Assembly (NCBI GenBank): GCA_976226885.1
Contig: OZ320313.1
Location: 6,820,001-6,884,000, forward strand
Direction: 5' to 3'
Source: Iphione sp. A-MEVVRFRX5
Taxonomy: Eukaryota
Length of the DNA stretch: 64,000 nucleotides
This document shows positions 62,079-64,000 of the stretch, piece by piece. Numbering within the stretch: position 1 is the stretch's first letter; every line of letters starts with the position of its first letter. The notes under the pieces were generated by a model. The model did not search any database. It was not told the DNA's origin and saw only the letters and a program-made list of their open reading frames with translations. The translations under genes were made by a program, and so were the position numbers.

Positions 62079-62169
62079 TTTCTATGACCAAGATGCCGAG
62101 GTTAACGCTGATCTGTTTTCCTTTGACCCTTACACTCCCTTCAACGAGCAGCACTGCGTCAACGCCTCG
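62079..62169 (+). CDS. MRH-like gene coding exon 2 ((Y)FYDQDAEVNADLFSFDPYTPFNEQHCVNAS)
   Basis: ttttattttgatag acceptor, gtaaga donor; 91 nt, phase 2 to 0, exactly bridges exons 1 and 3. Confidence 0.75.
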
Positions 62170-63333
62170 GTAAGAAGAACCCCCCCCCCACCCCGGGAGT
62201 ACACCCATCCAGGAACCGTATCTATGTACAGGTTCCATGCACTAAAACTCAGAGGACCTTAGGGAGTGGATTGAAGGAATGAATGGTTATCTCTATATTC
62301 ACTTCTCTTTGTCACGATGTACATTGAGGCCTTCCATTGAACGATAAATTCAAACATAATGAGGAGATATAAAACCAAGTACACAGTACAGTTTTCATTG
62401 TCTGGCTCTCAGCTGAATATTGATACATAGTATTCATAGTTGATATGGCAGTATACTAATGAAAGAATGAACAAGATTGTAATGAAACCAAACATTATCA
62501 TTAGACACATACTGATTTATCGGTTGATCCCTGAGAAGCAGCATGCACTGCATGGAAAACCTGGCTATTCTAGTCCTGCTGGGTTCCAGTGCCTGGAATA
62601 CATGTAGGCTGGTGGATTAGTGAGGGAGCTCTGGCTAAAGAAAACAATTTTAGTTATTGAGAACTATGACTCACTGTTATCTAATTAACGTAACAAAGCA
62701 GTTGTGACACAGTGTATTTCAATGGGAACATACTGAGACTGCTATATATTATTTCCTTCTCATTTCCTCTCTCTTTTTTCTATAAACGTCAAAAAAAAAC
62801 AAGGCCTGGCTCAGACTAACCTTATACTGGTTTACAAAAAAGGTCATGATGCAAAAATCCTTATGGTTGGACCCTGCTTTAATCTGAAATCATTAATGAA
62901 TTACAACTCAATAGAAAAAGACATTGAAACGTAAAGAGAGAAAGGGACCAAATTTGTTCCAGGTTGCTCTATCGGCCCAAGAACGTCTAATTGATACATT
63001 GCTGCAACATTCACATGAATGCTATAGAAATAGGGTATTTTCACTAGTGGATGGTGTTTTATGATATCACAACAGGCAAAATAGGCCTTTATTCTAGCAA
63101 TCAGGGAAATTCTTTGCGAAACATAGATGCAATATTCAGGTAAAAGAGATCAATAAAAATGTTTGCTTGTCTTTTAATCGGTTTCTTCCTTAAAATATCC
63201 AATAATGCAGTTCATTCAAATAAAAAACAATAACTCAACCTTCAAATTGACATATTCACGATTTGTATTAATTTGGCATATAATATTTTCTTCCAAATAA
63301 AATAATCATTGTATGCTGTCTTTCTTAATTCAG

Positions 63334-63479
63334 GTCTGCCAAATACAATACGGGAACCATGGATTCTGCTTTTCTACTGGGAACCAGACTCACATAGATT
63401 TCCGGCTGAACTACAGTGACAAATGTACCTCAGTAACAGGATTAGTGATGTGGTATCACTTTCCTGGTTCCAATGAAAG
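63334..63479 (+). CDS. MRH-like gene coding exon 3 (VCQIQYGNHGFCFSTGNQTHIDFRLNYSDKCTSVTGLVMWYHFPGSNE); gene probably continues beyond the window
   Basis: tctttcttaattcag acceptor, AAG|gtaaca donor; 146 nt, phase 0 to 2; VCQ...G motif. Confidence 0.7.
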
Positions 63480-64000
63480 GTAACACACAGGTTTACAGGC
63501 ATACATACCATGAACTAATGTGGAGATGCTGATGAGATGGATCTAAAAAATATATATCAACAAATGCTGCAATCCTACAGGCTCTCATTGAGGGCACCTC
63601 CACGGTATGTCAGTGCTCTCTACTGACAAGACAAATGATAACTAAAAGCACATATCAGCTATAGAAGATACATGTGGTGAATTTATGGATTAGTTCATGC
63701 TACCTGATCTGTCTGGTTCGCAGGGAATATCATGACATAAAGTAATTACCGCTACAATAGCGTTTATATCTAAAGGACCTTGTTGTCCCTGTGTCATTTA
63801 AGCATCATTTGTTCTGATAATTCCCTACATGTCAGAAAACTGTACCAGATTACAATTGTCGAACCTCTTTAACACAAAGGTCGAATGTGGACTTTTTATA
63901 AAGGCGTTAAATTCTCGGCGTTGCGTCAGTGTGATTGACTAGGGAATCAGTTGATTGAGTGATTGCATAACGATTAGATACCAGGTACAGCAAATACACC

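Overview
Eukaryotic (animal-like, probably invertebrate) genomic DNA: AT-rich, repeat-rich, with GT-AG introns, TTAGGG-type motifs, CpG-rich promoter patches and two sized N gaps. Most supplied ORFs are artefacts of microsatellites and tandem repeats. The clearest element is a 3.8-kb minus-strand tyrosine-recombinase (DIRS-order, Ngaro/PAT-type) retrotransposon at 28707-32524. It has the split direct repeat layout A1-gag-RT/RNaseH-YR-B1-A2-B2, is now defective (frameshifts, one nonsense codon, an internal deletion fusing RNase H to the YR C-terminus) and sits without a target duplication inside a 178-bp Tc1/mariner-type MITE. Also present are at least four MITE families (some nested), a 5.4-kb 27-bp minisatellite with kb-scale higher-order duplications, and several smaller tandem arrays, one of which repeats splice signals next to a candidate exon. 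A plus-strand gene at 59.7-63.5 kb and probably beyond encodes a signal peptide and an MRH (mannose-6-phosphate receptor homology)-like domain; its second coding exon is triplicated. Other exon calls are low confidence. Everything was read by eye and no database search was run.
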